DNA of 64,000 nucleotides from an uncultured Acidobacteriota bacterium. Its GTDB lineage: Bacteria > Acidobacteriota > UBA6911. Where the stretch lies: positions 32,001 to 96,000 of the forward strand of contig CAWHCF010000031.1 of assembly GCA_963827655.1 (NCBI GenBank). The letters run 5' to 3'. Within the stretch, counting starts at the first letter, position 1, and each line of letters begins with the position of its first letter. The position numbers and the translations under genes are program-made. Below, one piece after another: positions 62,387 to 64,000 of the stretch. A model generated the notes under the pieces. The model had not been told where the DNA came from, made no database searches, and saw only the letters and a program-made list of their open reading frames with translations.

Positions 62387-63684
62387 ATCTGTGCGACGAC
62401 TGATTTTACTTCCTCCTCCTCGGAGATTTCACCGCGGTATGTTTCCGAGGCTAAATAGGTCGATACCAGGGTAATCAAAGCCATCAGCGACATATACGCC
62501 GCGACGGCGGCGTAGCCCACCGAAGCCATGAGCGCGGTCGCGATCAATGGCGCAAATCCTCCGGCGAATACGGACGTGAGCTGATAGCTCAGTGAAGCGC
62601 CGGTGTAACGAACGCGGGTGCCGAATAATTCGGAGAAGTAGGCGGCCTGAGGGCCATACATGGCATCATGACCGACATTCACTGCCAGCGTTATGGCAAG
62701 CCAGACCAGGATTGCGGATTTTGAATTAATCAGCCAGAAGAAAGGGAATGCAAACAGCAGCGTGAAAAGGGCGCCGAAGAGATACACGGGCCTCCGCCCC
62801 ACCCGATCCGACAGCGCCCCGAAGGCTGGAATCGAGAAAAGCCCGATCACGGCGGAAAGGATGACGCCACCGAGCATGATGCTTTTCGGCAGCTTCAGTT
62901 CGTCGGTGCCATAGCTGAGAACGAAGACTGTGAAAATATAGAACGTGCCGTTTTCGGCAAAGCGCATTCCCATTGCCAGGAAGATGTTTCTCGAATAATC
63001 CCTGAATGCGTCGAGCAGTGGTCGATGAGCTTCGCTCCGGTTCTGGACCATCCGGGTGAACACGGGGGTCTCCAGAAGGCGCAACCGGATGAAGATGCCC
63101 ACCCCGATCAGGACAACACTCAGCAGAAAGGGAATCCGCCAGCCCCAGGCGAGGAACTGCTCTTCGGAGAGACTGGAGGACGCGGCGGCAAAGACCGACG
63201 TGGAGAGCAGCAGTCCCGCGGGGACTCCCATTTGGGGCCAGCTTCCGGCGAAGCCTCGCGCCCCCTTGGGAGAGTGCTCGACCGCCATCAGAACCGCGCC
63301 CCCCCATTCTCCACCCACTCCGATTCCCTGGGCGAATCGCATCAGGACGAGGCCCGCCGGCGCCATTATTCCGATCGTCTCGTACGTCGGGAGAAGACCA
63401 ATCAGGAATGTGGCGATACCCATGATCAGCAGCGAATATACGAGCATCGACTTCCGGCCCACCCGGTCGCCGAAGTGCCCGAAGATTATCCCGCCGAACG
63501 GCCGGGCCAGAAACCCTACGGCAAAAGTGGAAAAAGCGGACAAGGTCCCCAGGAGCTGATCGAAATTCGGGAAGAAAAGCTTATTAAATACGAGAGCTGC
63601 GGCCGTGCCGTAGAGAAAAAAGTCGTACCATTCAATGGTCGTTCCGATAAAGCTCGCAAGAATGACCTGCCGGATCGACTTCAT
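62383..63684 (-). CDS. MFS transporter, metabolite:H+ symporter (ShiA-like) family
   Basis: GTTIEWYDFFLYG, GHFGDRVGRK, QGIGVGGEWGGA, WGWRIPFL, ELF.TRVRYTG. Confidence 0.93.
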   Translation of the reverse strand: MKSIRQVILASFIGTTIEWYDFFLYGTAAALVFNKLFFPNFDQLLGTLSAFSTFAVGFLARPFGGIIFGHFGDRVGRKSMLVYSLLIMGIATFLIGLLPTYETIGIMAPAGLVLMRFAQGIGVGGEWGGAVLMAVEHSPKGARGFAGSWPQMGVPAGLLLSTSVFAAASSSLSEEQFLAWGWRIPFLLSVVLIGVGIFIRLRLLETPVFTRMVQNRSEAHRPLLDAFRDYSRNIFLAMGMRFAENGTFYIFTVFVLSYGTDELKLPKSIMLGGVILSAVIGLFSIPAFGALSDRVGRRPVYLFGALFTLLFAFPFFWLINSKSAILVWLAITLAVNVGHDAMYGPQAAYFSELFGTRVRYTGASLSYQLTSVFAGGFAPLIATALMASVGYAAVAAYMSLMALITLVSTYLASETYRGEISEEEEVKSVVAQM

Positions 63685-63881
63685 GTCTCCAGTGGCCTGG
63701 CGCTCCCTGCCCAATTCGATGTCCTCTCGATAGCCCCGAGGATACCCCAATCCTGCAGATTTCTGGAAAGAGATACCGCCGGGCTCCGGGGGACATACGT
63801 GGCCCGGTCGGTTGGGGGAGGGAGACCATGACCCGCCTGGTTCGCATATTCACAGATCGGTCTGGCTTTGTTACAGAAGTG

Positions 63882-63940
63882 TTGACAAAGCTTTACCGCG
63901 TTGTTATGCTGCGAAAGTCATTCCGGACTAATTTAGTCCG
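63882..63940 (+). promoter_or_regulatory. sigma70 promoter and palindromic operator of the Rrf2 gene
   Basis: TTGACA-17-TATGCT (63882-63910); CGGACTA-ATT-TAGTCCG (63924-63940). Confidence 0.7.
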
Positions 63941-63963
63941 ATTTGATCGGAGGTGACCCAATC

Positions 63964-64000
63964 ATGCTAAGGGTAACCAAGTTAGCTGACTACGGGATTG
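63964..64000 (+). CDS. 5' start of an Rrf2-family regulator, SUF Fe-S assembly regulator type (runs off the window)
   Basis: MLRVTKLADYGI after SD GGAGG; only 12 codons visible. Confidence 0.65.
   Translation, partial: MLRVTKLADYGI

Overview
GC-rich bacterial chromosomal segment, most likely Acidobacteriota. This is inferred from fragments of duplicated MacB/FtsX 'ADOP'-type permeases, a carboxypeptidase-domain TonB-dependent receptor, CarD and a PVC-type haem protein. 1-25 kb is mixed metabolism and envelope: a DMSO-reductase-family Mo enzyme, a xanthine-dehydrogenase-family M-S-L trio plus MoaD/ThiS, NosL-like lipoprotein, amidohydrolase, ABC permeases, LysM transglycosylase, S41 protease, tatA/B-tatC, dusB, a UGA-recoded (selenocysteine) deiodinase-like gene and a CysQ/IMPase. 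26-43.5 kb is a core block: tilS-ftsH-folP-cdaA-cdaR-glmM-rfaE2-mfd-PPIase-surA-blaI-like on the minus strand, then hemB-hemL and carD. tRNA-Leu(CAA) at 43.9 kb is followed by a decayed island (integrase remnant, dead IS6, permease/MBL fragments, ECF sigma). After it come a TBDR, an SPFH/RHH operon, a methyltransferase and GT-C-like gene, a PVC-type haem protein, an MHS transporter and the start of a SUF-type Rrf2 regulator. Best leads: (1) the hidden selenoprotein; (2) a sigma54-type promoter pointing into an ORF-free ~110-nt structured region; (3) a pervasive family of inverted 7-/9-mer tandem arrays at operon gene junctions, alongside remnants of four-helix-bundle genes; (4) an unassigned structured RNA candidate at 200-310. 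Several single-base frameshifts look like assembly errors. No CRISPR array or rRNA seen. All calls are by eye; no searches were run.
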